Of a stretch of 64,000 nt of DNA, positions 50,612 through 63,500 are shown piece after piece. The first letter of the stretch is position 1. Every line of letters starts with the position of its first letter. The notes beneath the pieces were generated by a model. The model searched no databases and was not told the origin of the DNA. It saw nothing but the letters and a program-made list of their open reading frames with translations. The translations under genes were made by a program, and so were the position numbers. The stretch is taken from the NCBI RefSeq assembly GCF_009914755.1, contig NC_060940.1; one strand, given 5' to 3'. Source of the DNA: the human T2T-CHM13v2.0 reference genome, Homo sapiens.

Positions 50612-50937
50612 CTGCGACCAACGGAGAAAGAAAGAGTCGGTGAAGCAGGCTAAGTGCAAAGGCCAGGGCCCGCAGCCCCACGGTTCCCAGCGAAGGCCCC
50701 ACTGAGTGTCCGCCCAGCGCTGGGGCAGTCTGCCCCAGGTGTCCTGACAGGTGGCTGACGTCCCACGTGCAGGATCACGGGGGCAGAACCAGGCCGGAGG
50801 ACGGGCTTGGGCCAGCTCATCTGAGGTGGCCGGCCAGGCTGGAGCTGGGGCCCTCGGTGTGTGGCCGCCCTGCGAGAGCCGTGCCCCACTCCAGGCTTGA
50901 GGCTTCTACAGACCAGGGAGTGGGCAGTGCCCCGAGG

Positions 50938-51110
50938 CAGCGGTGCCTTGCTCCCACCTCCATGAGCATCCCCCGGGGGGTGTTCAGACAGACCTCAGCC
51001 TCTTCCCCCAGTCCTGATTCAGCAGGTCAGGCTGAGACCCAGAATTTGCATTTCCGGCATGTTCCCAGGTGGCGCTGCTGCTGGTCTGGCCCTGGAAGCC
51101 ATGGTTCTAA
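50938..51110. mobile_element. MER5-like hAT DNA transposon remnant
   Basis: CTGATTCAGCAGGTC...CCCAGAATTTGCATTTC...TTCCCAGGTGGCGCTGCTGCTGGTC; similar remnants at ~28130-28275 and ~39930-40030. Confidence 0.55.
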
Positions 51111-51772
51111 GAGTCCCTTCCACTTTCAGATGCTAGAAGGCTCCCCTGGGCTGGGGGGCGGGGGACGGTGTCTGCCCAGGGAGAGGCCGGCAGGCAGGCC
51201 ATTTAGGGCGGCAAAACCTCTATTTTAACCGTCTTCTGCCCCGGTGATTCACAGGACAGCCAAGACAGAGGCGGCATTGACTTCAGGATGGCCGAGGCCT
51301 GGCTGCGCTGGGCGCAGCCCCCGGCAGGTGGTAACGCCAGGACACGTGATTAATGAGAACCTGCAGCTGAACAAGATTCCCTCGTGGTCTGAGGCTCCCT
51401 GAAGTCTGAGAAGCTCCACCCAGGGCCAGCTGTGTCCGGAGACGGCAGGAAAACGCTCAAGGCGCTGGTGGGCCGGGACTGGGGGGCACGGAGCCCCCTT
51501 GTGCCACCCAGAGAGCAGGACCTGCAGACAAGGTTAACCGAAGGGCCTGCAGCACAGACGTGCCCGAGACACCAGGAGGCCAAGCCAGCACCCTGTCTGC
51601 GGCATTTTCTGCAGGGGGTGCGGGTGTAAGCCCCAGGGCCTCCCCATTTATCTTAAGGCAAGGTCAGCCAGTGCCAAAGCAAGGCAGAAAGACCTGCTAT
51701 CCGTGGCTGAGACTTCGGGGGCCTCAGCGGCTTAGAGCAGCAAGGTAGGCATCCTCAATCTGCTGAATACCG

Positions 51773-51960
51773 GACTGCCCCGCACCCTGCTCCTGCTGAC
51801 ACCTGTGGGTCTCACCCACGACTGCCCCGCACCCTGCTCCTGCTGACACCTGTGGGTCTCACCCACGACTGCCCCGCACCCTCCTCCTGTTAACACCTGT
51901 GGGTCTCACCCACGACTGCCCTGCACCCTCCTCCTGTTAACACCTATGGGTCTCACCCAC
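51773..51960. repeat. 47-bp minisatellite x4
   Basis: GACTGCCC recurs at 51773, 51820, 51867, 51914. Confidence 0.95.
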
Positions 51961-54620
51961 AGCCTGGGGCATGAAACAGGTGAGGCCACAGTTGGGGGCT
52001 GGTATCTGTCGTGTTATTAGTCAACTGTGGGCGCTGCCCCTGCTTCTGCCCGTTCCCCATTCCCGGGGCCCCAGCACCATCGTCAGACGGAGAGATCCAC
52101 CCAGGGCCACGGCCACGCGGACTCTGTGGAAGGTGACGGATAAATGACTTCTACAGCGATCACATGCCAAATACGGCACAAACCTCTGCTGATCCTCTTG
52201 CCGCCGGCTCCTTTTACAGAGAGGCAGAGAGGTTCAGAGGTGCTGAGGTCCTGCCCAACATCTCAGGGCAGTGGCGCCTGGGCTCTAACCGGCCCCTGGT
52301 GCTCCAGGCAGGAGTGGAGCAGTCCCCCTCTGCTGGGCCTGTGGGGAGTGGTGGGGGGAGGAAGCAGCCAGTAAACAGCCACAGGCCTCGCGGCACCTGC
52401 TGTCCCCTCCGCACAGCCGCTGACCTCCCTCGCACAGGGCGCCCTGCTCCTCCTGGCCACCCGCCTGTCCGGAGGCTGATGGCTGGGCACACGTGTGGCC
52501 ACAGCTGTGGGGGCCATCAACACCGCCTGGCTGCAGGGCCGGTGGCCAGTCCCTGGTGACAACCAAAGAAGGTGAATGTGGCAGGGTGTTCCTGTGGTGG
52601 GGGTGTTCCCGGCTGGGGGGGGGGGCGTTCCTGGGGGGGCATTCCTGGGGGGGGCGTTCCTGGTGGGGGCAGCCCTTCCAGACCAGGCTGCCCTTGGGCC
52701 AGCGTGGGTTGGGCATGCCCAGAAGGGAGCAGGCAGGGATGTGGCCGAGAGCTTCAAACGCCAGGCTGGCTCGGGGGACACAGGTCCAGGACACTGGGGA
52801 TGCCCCCTGTTTGGACTTTCCAAAGCCCTCCCATGGAGGCGGCTACATTTGAGCCACGAGACTTGAATAAAACAGAAGTGGATGCAGAGAGCCCCACTGG
52901 GGAGCTGGTGCCGGGCGCTGGACGGGCGCTCGTAGGATGGACGGACATGCCACATTTCCTAAGGTGGAGAGGGTGGCCAGGAGACCGCTGGGCCGTCATG
53001 CCACGGCGCAAGGAGTCACCACAGCCGTCACCCAACAAGGGCTCATGGCCACCACCTGCGTGCTCACGGCCACCACCTGCGTGCTCGTGACACTCTGGAT
53101 CCCGAAGCTAGAGCAGACAGTGCCCTGCCGGCGCCCTGAGCAGTCGGGGACTTCATGTGGTTCCCTTTGGGCAGAACAGGAGGCTGTCCCTTTACTTCAG
53201 AGGCCTGGACAGAGGCTCACTGCAGGAAGATCCTTCTCGGTGCTCTGCAGATATCGACGACTCATTGCATCCTCACCGAGACCCTCTGCGGCTGATGCTG
53301 CCATCAGCCCATTTTACTAGGACGGACCAGGCTCGGAGAGATGAAGTCATCTACCCAAGGTCACACCGCGAGTGTGCTGCGGGCCGGGATCGGAACCACG
53401 ACCTGGTGTTGCCCCCACAGGGCCAGGACTCGGCAGGACTCCAAAGTCTCCGCTTGTCATCAACACGCTTGCCTCCTTTTAGGCCTCAAGGTACTTGCAA
53501 AGAGGCAGCAGGTCTGGGATTCAAACCTGAGGCCGAACGGAGGCTGCAGGGGCAGGAGGCCCCGTGCCTGAGGAACACCCTGGGAGCTGGTGGTGTCCTC
53601 CCCTCCGTTCTCCAGGCCCCACCCCGGGTTGTGCGGGGGCAGCTGTGCAGGAGATGGGACCTTTCCGGGCCCCACCCCGGATTGTGCGGGGGCAGCTGTG
53701 CAGGTGATGGGACCTCACGGGTGTCTGTTGAATCCTGTGTGAGTGCTCCTGGCTGTGTGGCCTAGGGAGAGCCTCTTCCCCTCTCTGAGCCTCACTTTCC
53801 TTCCTCTGTACATGTGGAGGAAGCCAGGTGACAGGAAGATGACGCGGAGTTCCCCACGCCCTGCCTTGGCAAGCAAGGAAACCAGGCCAAGGCTCATGGA
53901 GCAACGTGTGGCCGGGACCTGCTCCTGGCGCTGCCCCTGGCACAGACTCTACCCGAGAAAGCAGAAAGTGACAAGGACCCTCAGAGAAGATGAGGGGTGA
54001 GTGTGGAAAGGTAGAGGAACAGCATTTGTGGCCAAGAGAACAGCCTAGGAGTTGGCCAGGACCTGTGGAGGGACCTGGGAAGGAGGGGGGTGGGGGAGTG
54101 GGCAGCGGGGAGTCTGGAGCTCTGCACAGCAGCAGCTGGCGCCGTCTCTGGGGCGGGCACATCGTCTCTCTCCTGCTTAATACCCTTCAGCAGCTTCCAC
54201 TGTACATGGGGCTTCACCAGCCCACACCCGCTCCATGACACCCATCTCCCTGCTCTCCCCCAGTGCGGGGCTCAGGGCCATGCACGACCCCCCACCGCCC
54301 CTCGTTCCCTCTGGGATTCAGCTTCAACCTCACTTCCCCAGGAGAGGCTGCCCCGCCCCCGTGAAGCTCTTCCATCCTTCCCTGTTCAGTCCTCAGGATG
54401 TCACCCCACACTGGGCGGTCCTGCCTCTTGTTTGACCTGTTTGCAGGGTCTCTGTGCTTGACTGGGCCCCCCAGGATGCAGCTCGCCCAGGGTAGCCTTC
54501 AAAGGAAGGCCCCCAGAGGAAATGCCTCTTTGGGTTCCCCCAGCCCCCGCTTAGGGGCTGGAGGAGAGCAAAGATGGAAGTGGGGTGAGTGGAGCGCCAT
54601 GATCAGGGCGGGCCTGAGGG

Positions 54621-54740
54621 GAGGTGGGGCTGAAGGAGGGGCGGGGCTGAAGGAGGGGCGGGGCTGGAGGGGCGGGGCTGAAGGAGGGGCGGGACTGGAG
54701 GGGCGGGGCTGAAGGACGGTGGGGATGAGGGGGCGGGGCT
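54621..54740. repeat. G-rich short-unit repeat forming a GC-box cluster
   Basis: GAGGGGCGGGGCTG(AA)G repeated ~6-7 times. Confidence 0.85.
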
Positions 54741-57014
54741 GAGAGCTAGTCTGCGGCAGGTGGGAGGGGCTGGGCTGCCCAGCTGCAGGACAGGTGCTTT
54801 CTGCAGACATGGGGGGCTGGTTGCTCAGGGCAGGAGACCCATGGCTGCCCTGGACACCCATTTCCTTGGCGCTGGCTGGGCAGGGAGGCACCGTGGGTCC
54901 ACCCCACAGCCACAGCAGGAGGCTGAGTCCTGCCGGCCTGGCTTCCTCGGGCAAGCCACAGCCTCTCTGTCCATTTCCTTGCCTCTTCAAAGGGGATGGA
55001 GATGAGGCCGTGCGCAGCAGGGGGGTCCAGCACTCTCCGCCATCACTCGAAATGGTGGCTATTATTATCCTCCTCTATCCCTGCACCCCCAAGCAGTGTG
55101 GGGAGTCTCTGGAGCTCCCACCGGCCCACAGCTCCACCAAGGCCAACTGCAGGCTCCTCTCCAGGCTAAGACACCGCTAGACAGGGGCAGCCTCGTCCTT
55201 CCTAGGTGCCTGGCTTCCCACCCCATTCCCCTTTGAGGCCCTGCACCTCGGCCACAGGCCATTTCTACTCCGCAGACCCACTTCGAGGCTCGGAGGCCCC
55301 GTGGGCTACCAGCCCACGGCTGCGAACCACACAGGAAGAGGCCTGGCCGCATCCCCTCGTCCCCAAGACCACTTGCTGACCCTGCTCCCCGCTCCAGCCG
55401 CAAGACGGCCCCGTCCAGACACACGGAGGTGAATAAGTCATCAAACCACTTGGAAAAATAAAATCGCACAGAGCTTCACAGTAGACACCAGTGTCCTGGT
55501 GCAATGGCCCTGAGGCAACCCCGGGGGCTCAGCAGCGCCAGAAAGGGGACCGTCTCTGTCTCAAGGCAGAATAGAGAAGTGGCAGGAAGGGCTAATGTCA
55601 CGGAGGAACCTGGTGCCCCAGGCCTATTCTCAGCACCGTCTACCCGCTGCCCCATGAGGCGGGCCCTGTCACTACGCCCACTTTCTAGACGGGGAAACTG
55701 AGGCCCAGAGAGGGTGAGTGACTTGTTCTGGGTCTCAGAGCCCAGAAGCACCAGGGCATGTGCCTGCAGCCCCCAGGAGATTAAACGGTCCCGATGCCAG
55801 CCAGCCTGGACCCTGACTCAGCCTTGCTGGGACAGCCCAGGCATCCAGCCCCACGCTGGGACACGCGGCCCTGTGGGTGTCACATAGGCCGAAGGGACGC
55901 TGGCTCGTACTGGAGGCTGGGGTGGGTGGCCCGTCACCATACAGGGTCTGGGGTAGCACCTGGGGTGGCCGGCTCTGAGGCATGAGCGGAAGGACCATCT
56001 TTCAAACCCCAAGGGGTTTTCTTTCCAGAGCTCGAAGTGCCCATGAAAGAGAAACGAGGCCTCCAGCATCCCTGAACTCTACATCAGCTGCAAGGGGACC
56101 CCGGTCCCCGAGGACACCCACATGTATTTTCAAACAGCTCCCGAGGCCCAGCGCTGCCCGTGCAGAAGAAAGCATGGAATTTGGGGAGGGCTCCCGAGGC
56201 CTGGCCGCCCAGCACAAGGGGGTCCCTGGGGCACCTGCTGTCCCCACCCTGGCTATCCTCCTGTGGCCTACACAAGTATCCTAACCCCTCCCTGGCTCAG
56301 AACAGCACTGAGGTCCTCCTGCTGGGGTGGGTGGGGTCAGTCTGGGTCCCAGTCCCTTCCCTATGGCCCTGGCTCAGAGGCAGGTGGGCAGCGGGTGCGG
56401 AATCTGACGAGAAGGGCTCTGACGCCCGGAGGGGAGGAATCTCATACAGAGGACCAACTCTGTCCTCACGGATTCTTCCGCGGCCCTGAGATCCTGCGCT
56501 TCTCTATCTTACGAGTGGGGAAACAGAGGCACAGAGAGGCTGAGGAGGGGGAGAGCCAGGTGTGGATCCAGGTGACCTGGCCCAGCTACCCCTTCCCCAC
56601 TGGCCACAGAGGGCACCTGCAGCCTGGGAACCCCGAGGGGAGGCACCTGCCCTCCTGGCCTCCCTCTGTGGCTTGGGCCTCTGCCAAGTGTCCTTCTCAC
56701 TCCCCCTGCCCATGACTGACGGTGGCATCTTCTAATTGTCCCCTCACCCCAGAGCAGGGGCTTTGCCTGTCCTTCCCACCCTCGATGGCTCAGGCACTGG
56801 CTCTGGACACAGTGCGCCCCTCTCTGGGCATGCCTGAGTCTGCCCTGATGTTGGGTTTCCCTCTATGCGGTTTTCCCCAAAGGGTCTGGGCATGCAGGAA
56901 CTGGTCAGATGTCTAAAGGAAGAGGACAGGGAGAGAGTGCCAGTTCCTCCCCCAGCCCTGGCTGCAGCCTCATCTGCCTCCCAAGCTCCCACTCATCAAG
57001 AAAGTTCCCAGACC

Positions 57015-57320
57015 TGCCAGACGTGGTGACTCACACCTGTCATCCCAGCACTTTGGGAGGCCAAGGTAGGCAAACCACTTGAGGTCAGGAGTTCAGGATC
57101 AGCCTGGCCAACATGGTGAAACCCCGTCTCTACTAAAAATGCAAAAATTAGCCGAGCGTAGTGGTGCGTGCCTATAATCCCAGCTACTTAGGAGGCTGAG
57201 GCCGGAGAATTACTTCAGCCTGGAAGGCAGAGGTTGCCATGAGCCGAATTCGTGCCACCGCACTCCAGCCTGGACAACGGAGCGAGACTCTGTTTCAAAA
57301 AAAAAAAAAAGGAAAAGAAA
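57015..57320 (+). mobile_element. Full-length Alu (AluS-type)
   Basis: Alu dimer plus A tail; near-perfect TSD AAGAAA(G/A)TTCCCAGACC. Confidence 0.94.
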
Positions 57321-58396
57321 AAGAAAATTCCCAGACCCTGGAGGCCGCTCCCCGGGGCCCATGGGAGAGGCCGTTTCTTTCCCAGACGGCACATCCAGTT
57401 CCCAGCAAAATGTCACTAACGGGCCGGGAGAGGAAGCCGCTTTGCAGGTTGGGCAGAGCCAGTGGGAAAGAGCCTGCAATGTGCCGGGGCCGCTCATCCA
57501 TCACTTCCCCGTCCGTGGGGGCACCCAGCCCGCCCTGCCCAGCTGGGAAACAGCCACAGCCCAGGGCTCCCAGCCTGGGAGTTCCAGAACTCTCCATGGA
57601 AGGAGGACCCATGGACACCAGTGCAAGAGCTCATCTTTCCGGCCTTCCCCGCCTCGTACCCTCGCCAGCTCTGGAGTAACAAGCCCTGCTTCCGCTGTAA
57701 CCTTCTTTGACCCCTCACAAAAGCCTTGGGGCATAGGACGCTGGGCAGGTAACGCAGGTGACCTGTCTTGAGGCCTTTGCACAGGCAACATAGCCACGGT
57801 GATGACGTCCTACTGCGTGCCAGGCCTGACCTGAGCATTTTGTGCAGAACACCTCATTTCGTGCCCCCGAAAGTCTAGAGGCTGTCAGGTGGGGAAACTG
57901 AGGCACGGGCCCTGGGCACCTGGCTCTGGATCCGATCCTCTCCGTGGGTTTGGAATATGCTCCCGGGGAGCGGGGGGCACCGGCTCTGCCCTTCCTGGAG
58001 CTGACCACAGGCCCCAGGCAGGGGAGGAGGAGGGCATGGCCTGCAACCAACCCGAGGGCTCCAGGCCTCTCCTGTTACTCCAGCCGAACCCTCATCCCAG
58101 GATGCCCCAAAGTCCAGCCTCAGAGGCCCAGCAAGGCCTCTTGCAAAGCCTTTTCTGGGGCTGTGGTGCAGGCAGGGCTCGGAGATGCTCAGGACAGGTC
58201 CAGGACGGGCTCTGGACCCAGAACAGTGCTGTGCCTCAGTTGGCCCCTCCATAAAAGTGCAGAATTAAGGGGATGAGCTCAGGCTCCGGGCCCTGCAACC
58301 TGGGTGGGCAGCCTCAGTGTCCACATCTGTGCAATGGGGGTGAGGGTTGACATGAATGCACGCGTGGCAGTCACTGGCAAATCCCAGGCAACCCCA

Positions 58397-58560
58397 GCGG
58401 CGGCTGGGACGGAGGACACCACTACATCCCGGGTGACCCCGACGGCAGCTGGGACGGAGGACGCCACTGCAACCCGGGTGACCATGACGGCAGCTGGGAC
58501 AGAAGACGCCACTGCAACCCGGGTGACCATCACGGCGGCTGGGACGGAGGACGCCACTGC
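58397..58560. repeat. 45-bp minisatellite x~3.6
   Basis: GCTGGGAC recurs at 58403, 58448, 58493, 58538. Confidence 0.92.
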
Positions 58561-60221
58561 TTTAAACAGCTGTTTATTTTCCTTCAGAATCACACGGTCC
58601 CACAGCTTCCTCTGGGAAAGGCACAGATGTGCAAAGAGGAGACCCCGAGAGTCATCCGTCCACGGCCGCCCTCCCGCCTCCTCACAGCCCCGGAGATGGA
58701 CGACCCCGCACCCACGCTGCCCCTGAGAGGTGAGGTCATCTGAGGTCACTGGCCACGGCCGTGCAGTGAGTGAGGGGCTGAGCCAGGAATGGAGCCCCAG
58801 CCTCTGAACTCCAGCCTCTACTTGGCCGGGCAGCCGTCCAGTGCAGTAAACCCAGGCCAAGGTAAACCCGTACACTTGGATTTCTGGGGAACCAGAGGGA
58901 CGAGCCACCCTCCAACACATTTCCCAAGAGCTGTCCACGGCGGCTCCCACGGCGGCTCCCCAGCTGCTTGGCCAGTGCCACAGTGGCCCGGCTGTTCCTC
59001 GCTTGGTGCCTGGCTGTCCCCTCTGGCCTCACCAGCTGTCCCCTCTGGCCTAACCACACGCACTACCCCACACCCGCCTGTGCTGTGCCTCGGTCACTCG
59101 CCGCACTTGCCCCAGGGCCTTTGCATGGCGGTGTTTCTGCAGGGAATGCACTTCCACCAGGTCCCCGCAAGTCTGCCTCTCATCCTCACACCTTTGCTGC
59201 AGGCTGCCTCCTTCCCGGTGATGCTGCAGCCCGCGCGGCCCTTCACCCTGGCTCCCCTCCTGTCACCGGCTCTCCCTGTAGCTCTGCTGGTGAGCCCACC
59301 CGCCTGTCCTGCTCCTTCTCTTCTCTTGTGGATGCTCCCCGTGAGCTCCAGGAGGGCTGGGCTTCCTCTACAGCCTACAACAGTGCCGGCCACACTGCAG
59401 GCATTCAGCAAACACTTGCTGCGTGGTGACTGAGAAAACCTGGAAAGGCACAGCCCACTGAGGACCGGACACTCCCAGCCTCAGTGTCCTCCGGAGCCAC
59501 CGTCATCTGAAGGCGTGGGGACAGGCAGTGCCCTCCCACCTCAGGAAGAGCTGTGGGGTGAGCTGCGGATGGCGTGAGCAGTGCAGGGCGGCCCTCGCAG
59601 CGGGGTCTCTGTGCCACTCTCTGGTGCCCCTGAGGGGCATGTGAAACAGAGGAGAACCTGGTGCTGACTCCGGGAAGGGCCCTGAGAAGGTCTTTGACCA
59701 GCATCAGACCTGGGGCTCCCAGGCCAAGATAGAGGCAAAGTGAAGGGACGTGGGGCCCCTTCTTGGCAGGCTCTAGGACAGTGGGTGTCCCCCCAAATCC
59801 CCTCGTATCCAGATGACCAGGAGGCGGCTCCCTCCCCTGCCCCCAGCCCCCAGCCTCCAGGGCTGTGCCAAGTGTGGGGATCTGGGGTGGGCAGAGGCGG
59901 CCTGAGAGCCTCAGGCGCTGCCCTGCGGCCGCCTCCACATCTGGCTTGTATCCAGCCTTCCTGCCTGGCGAATAAGCAGCCATATAAACACGGGGAGCAG
60001 TGCCTTCTCTGCCATCGGTCTAGGCAGACCCTCCCGCCCCCACAGGGACAAGGAGCCAAGTCCTATTTCTCTCCCAGGCCCTTCCAGGTCCTCATGGGCC
60101 TGACCCAGGGCGGACCCTTCCTCTGGCCCCACTCACTCACTCCTGCTGCCCTTCCCGCCATGGACAGGAACAAGGGACCCTGACCCCAAGGCCTGTGGGT
60201 GATGACGATGGACGGCACGGG

Positions 60222-60235
60222 GTTGCCATGGCAAC
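60222..60235. promoter_or_regulatory. Perfect RFX X-box palindrome
   Basis: GTTGCCATGGCAAC. Confidence 0.65.
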
Positions 60236-61949
60236 AGAGCGGGGCCAGGTGGCAGGAAACCCAGTTCGCCTCCCGCGCCGCTGTGTGAACTGACTGTGAA
60301 CTCGGGGTGGGGGCCGTCCCCAAATGTGTATGAGTCTCTGGCTCCCCTTGGGTAAGATGCAGTGCCTCTTTGGGTGGGGTCACAGCAAACAAAAAGGCTT
60401 TCGTAAACTCAAAAGCCCTCTGTGGCCCTGCCACGGGGACGTCATCTCTGGCGATCTGAAGGACAGGGGCAGGGAGGGAACGGGAACCTCAGGCGCCCTC
60501 TCCCTGCAGGAACGGAGTTGGCTTTTCCGTCTCCTAATCTGGCCTCAGTTTTCTCATCTGTAAAATGGGAATGGGGATGGAATTCCCGCAGAATCACGGA
60601 GGGACGAAGTACATGAGCTCACGAAAAGCGTCTAGAACAGAGCGCCTGGCCGCTCGCCCTGGCCACCCAGCTGTCATGCTTCGGGCTATCTGTCCGGCCA
60701 CAACGGCCGCGTGGAGCTGGTGCAGGTGGGGCTTGTCTTTGGCACTGTGCCCAGAGCTGGCCCATAGGTGACACTGAGCATCAGTGTTGGGGAAGGGGAC
60801 CCATCGGAGAGCCTCTGGGGCACAGTGAAGACCCCCCCTCCTGCCTCGCAGCTGTGTGGGGGAAGCTCTGTTGCCCAGAGTTGGCTGGCAGGGCCCAGAC
60901 TGCCCACCGGCTGCCATCACCAACACGAACAGGTACCCAGGGCATGCCTTCAGCCGGCCTGGGTGCAGAGGTCCCGTCTGTCACAGAAGTGCTGCTGAAC
61001 CGTAGCAGACGAAAATCTCACAAACTCCCTCCGGGCCCCGGCCCAGGGCTTCCCGTTGGAAGGTGCACAGGCCGGCCTCTGCCTGCAGGCTGGGCCCACC
61101 CGCGCCTCCCCAACCCACTACGTGGCTCCAGGCGGACCTGGCCTTGCCTCTTCCTTTCCCAAGGAGAGAAGAAAGCCTCCCTCATGGGTTTTTGAGGACC
61201 AAGAAGGCTCTCTGGATAGCTGCACCCTGCAAGTGAACCCAGGGCTCGCCAAAGAAATGCGGAAGATGGGACAAAGTGTGCTGTGCGTCCTGGGGCCAGA
61301 TGGGGACAGATGGGCTGGGGGTCTCTCCGTCAGTCTTGGCCAGCCACGCCAGCTGTGCTTCTGTCCCTCCCGTTGGCCTCAGGGCCTTGGCTCCTACTGG
61401 AATACTTCCCTCGATCTCTGCATAGCCGTCTCCTCATCATTCAGGTCTTGGCGCAAATGTCCCTCCTCAGAGAAGCCTTCCCTGACCGCCCATGTCCCTG
61501 CCCCCACGCTCTCTGCCCCATCACCCATTTTTCTTCTCCAGCCACTCGTCAATGTCTGAAGCCTCCGTCTGTGTTGGTCCTCGTGTTTACGCCCGTCTCC
61601 CCCAGGGCAGGGCCCTGAACAGCACCTGGCACACGGCAGGGCCCCGTAAAGGTTTGCTGACTGGCGCATAAGGACAAAGCCCCCTATCTGCCTCCCCTGG
61701 CAGCCCTGTCCTCTGCAGGTTCAACGGGGCGGCTCGCTGCTGCAGGACAGAGCCTGGGCTGGGCTTGAATCGAGGCCTGTCCCCTCTGCCGTGTGAGCCC
61801 AGCAGGCAGCTCCCCTCATCCATTAAGTGGGAGGAACACACCTCCCGGGGGTGCGTCTGAGGAATAAGGAGCTAATTGAGTCTGTCCTGCAGCAGGAGGC
61901 CAGGGAATGCCGGTCATGGCTATTCAGGGCCCTCTCCCCCAAGGCGCGT

Positions 61950-62410
61950 TTCCTGCTAATGGCCTCGATTTCCCACCCTGCCAAAGCCCCTGCCCTTTCG
62001 ATGGGATTGCAGCTCTTCCAGTGCAGAGGCGGGGTCCACTTCCCTGCCCCCTGGATCTGGGCTGGCCGGGGGACTTGCTTTGGCTGGGGGCAGGATGTGG
62101 CACAAGGGATGTCAGATGACCCTGAGCCTGGACGTCAGCGGCGGGCAGCCCCACTAGCCCTCTGTGGAGCCCCCACGTGAACACGCCCAAGATGAGACAC
62201 ACGCAGGACAGGGTTGGCCCGGCCACTTGGTGGAGCTGGACTGACCGTGGCTGACCACGGACCAGCCAGCAAACCCAGCCACGCCCAGAAGAACCACCCC
62301 CCTGAGCTTGCCAAAACTGCCAACCTAAAGAACTGTGAGCCAAAGAAGGGTGGTTGCTTTGAGCCACTGTTTGAGGGTAGCTTGTTACATGGCGATAGCT
62401 GACTGATACA
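61950..62410 (+). mobile_element. MLT1-type (MaLR) LTR remnant
   Basis: GATCTGGGCTGGCC...GACTTGCTTTGGC and the typical MLT1 3' end TTGAGCCACT...TTGTTACATGGCGATAGCTGACTGATACA; left edge approximate. Confidence 0.7.
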
Positions 62411-62599
62411 CTTTGGTACTTAGAATCTCAACATATCAGAGCTGCAAGGGACCTGAGAGACAATCAAATTTCACAGCTGGTGAGAGGGAGGCTGGGAAGC
62501 TGGAGAAGAGAAGTGACCCATCTTGTCTCTAGCCGAACTAGGCCTCAGATGCCAATGCTGCACTTGCCCTCCGCTACTCCACACCTCATTCCTCCGTGG

Positions 62600-63500
62600 G
62601 GGGGTCTCAGCCGGGACCAGCAATTCCACCTTCAGGAATGCATTCTCAGGACATGTGCACAAACAGTGATCTACAAGGATGTTTGTCACAGCATCGTTTA
62701 TGAGAATGACAAACGGAATAAATACGATGACTCCTCAGAGAGGGCTGGGTAGATAAATTATCTACTCGACACAAAACTAAGGAACCTGAAAATCACACCG
62801 TGGCCACCTTCATTTTGGAAAGCTGTTTGTTGGTATCTGCTGACTGGAACAGTCACAGCTGCTGGAATAGCCGGCTCACTCCTGGGCACAGAACCTGCAG
62901 AAGAGCCAACCCACAGACACAGGTGCCTCCAGAGCAACAAGCCACAGCTGCACCGGCCACTTCCTCAGCAAGCGTGCACCGAGGTAGAGGGACACGAGGC
63001 TGCAGCACGGCCATACAATGGAATACAATACAGCAAGGAAAAAGGACAGGCCCACCAAGTACAACACTGCACACGGTCTCACAAATGTACAGCACTGCAA
63101 GCGCTCTCTCACAAACGCGGTGGCCAGGCCCCGCAGAGCATGGGATGCGAGAGTCCGTTTCTAGAAAATTCAGAATCAGGCAGCAACACTCTGTGATGCT
63201 AGAGGTCAGGAATGGTGGCCACCCTGACAGCGCAGTGACCAGAGGGGGATCGGAGGCCTTGGGGACAGGTCGGAAAACGTTTGTCAGGCCCATAGCCGTG
63301 TGCACGTGATGCTTTGTGGTGCACACTTCTGTGTGCAGTGCTGCGAGCATACATTTAATTGCAAAAATGATGTCACGGGACGCTCTCTATTGACATCCCC
63401 TATGAGTGAACATCAACAAGGCGACAAAGCATGAGGTTCTATTTTGGAAATAAAAACACGCACAGAAAGACGACTAGACCAAAAATGTGATCGTGGTTGC
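62600..63500 (+). mobile_element. Old L1M 3'-end fragments
   Basis: ACAAGGATGTTTGTCACAGCAT, CATACAATGGAATACAATACAGCAAGGAAAAAGGA and GCTAGAGGTCAGGAATGGTGG resemble ancient L1M 3' ends. Confidence 0.55.

Noticed and set aside
58304-58726. ORF with a 15-aa repeat (TAAGTEDATATRVT)
   Set aside because: The 45-bp VNTR is a multiple of 3 by chance; it adjoins a MIR-like remnant and has no exon context
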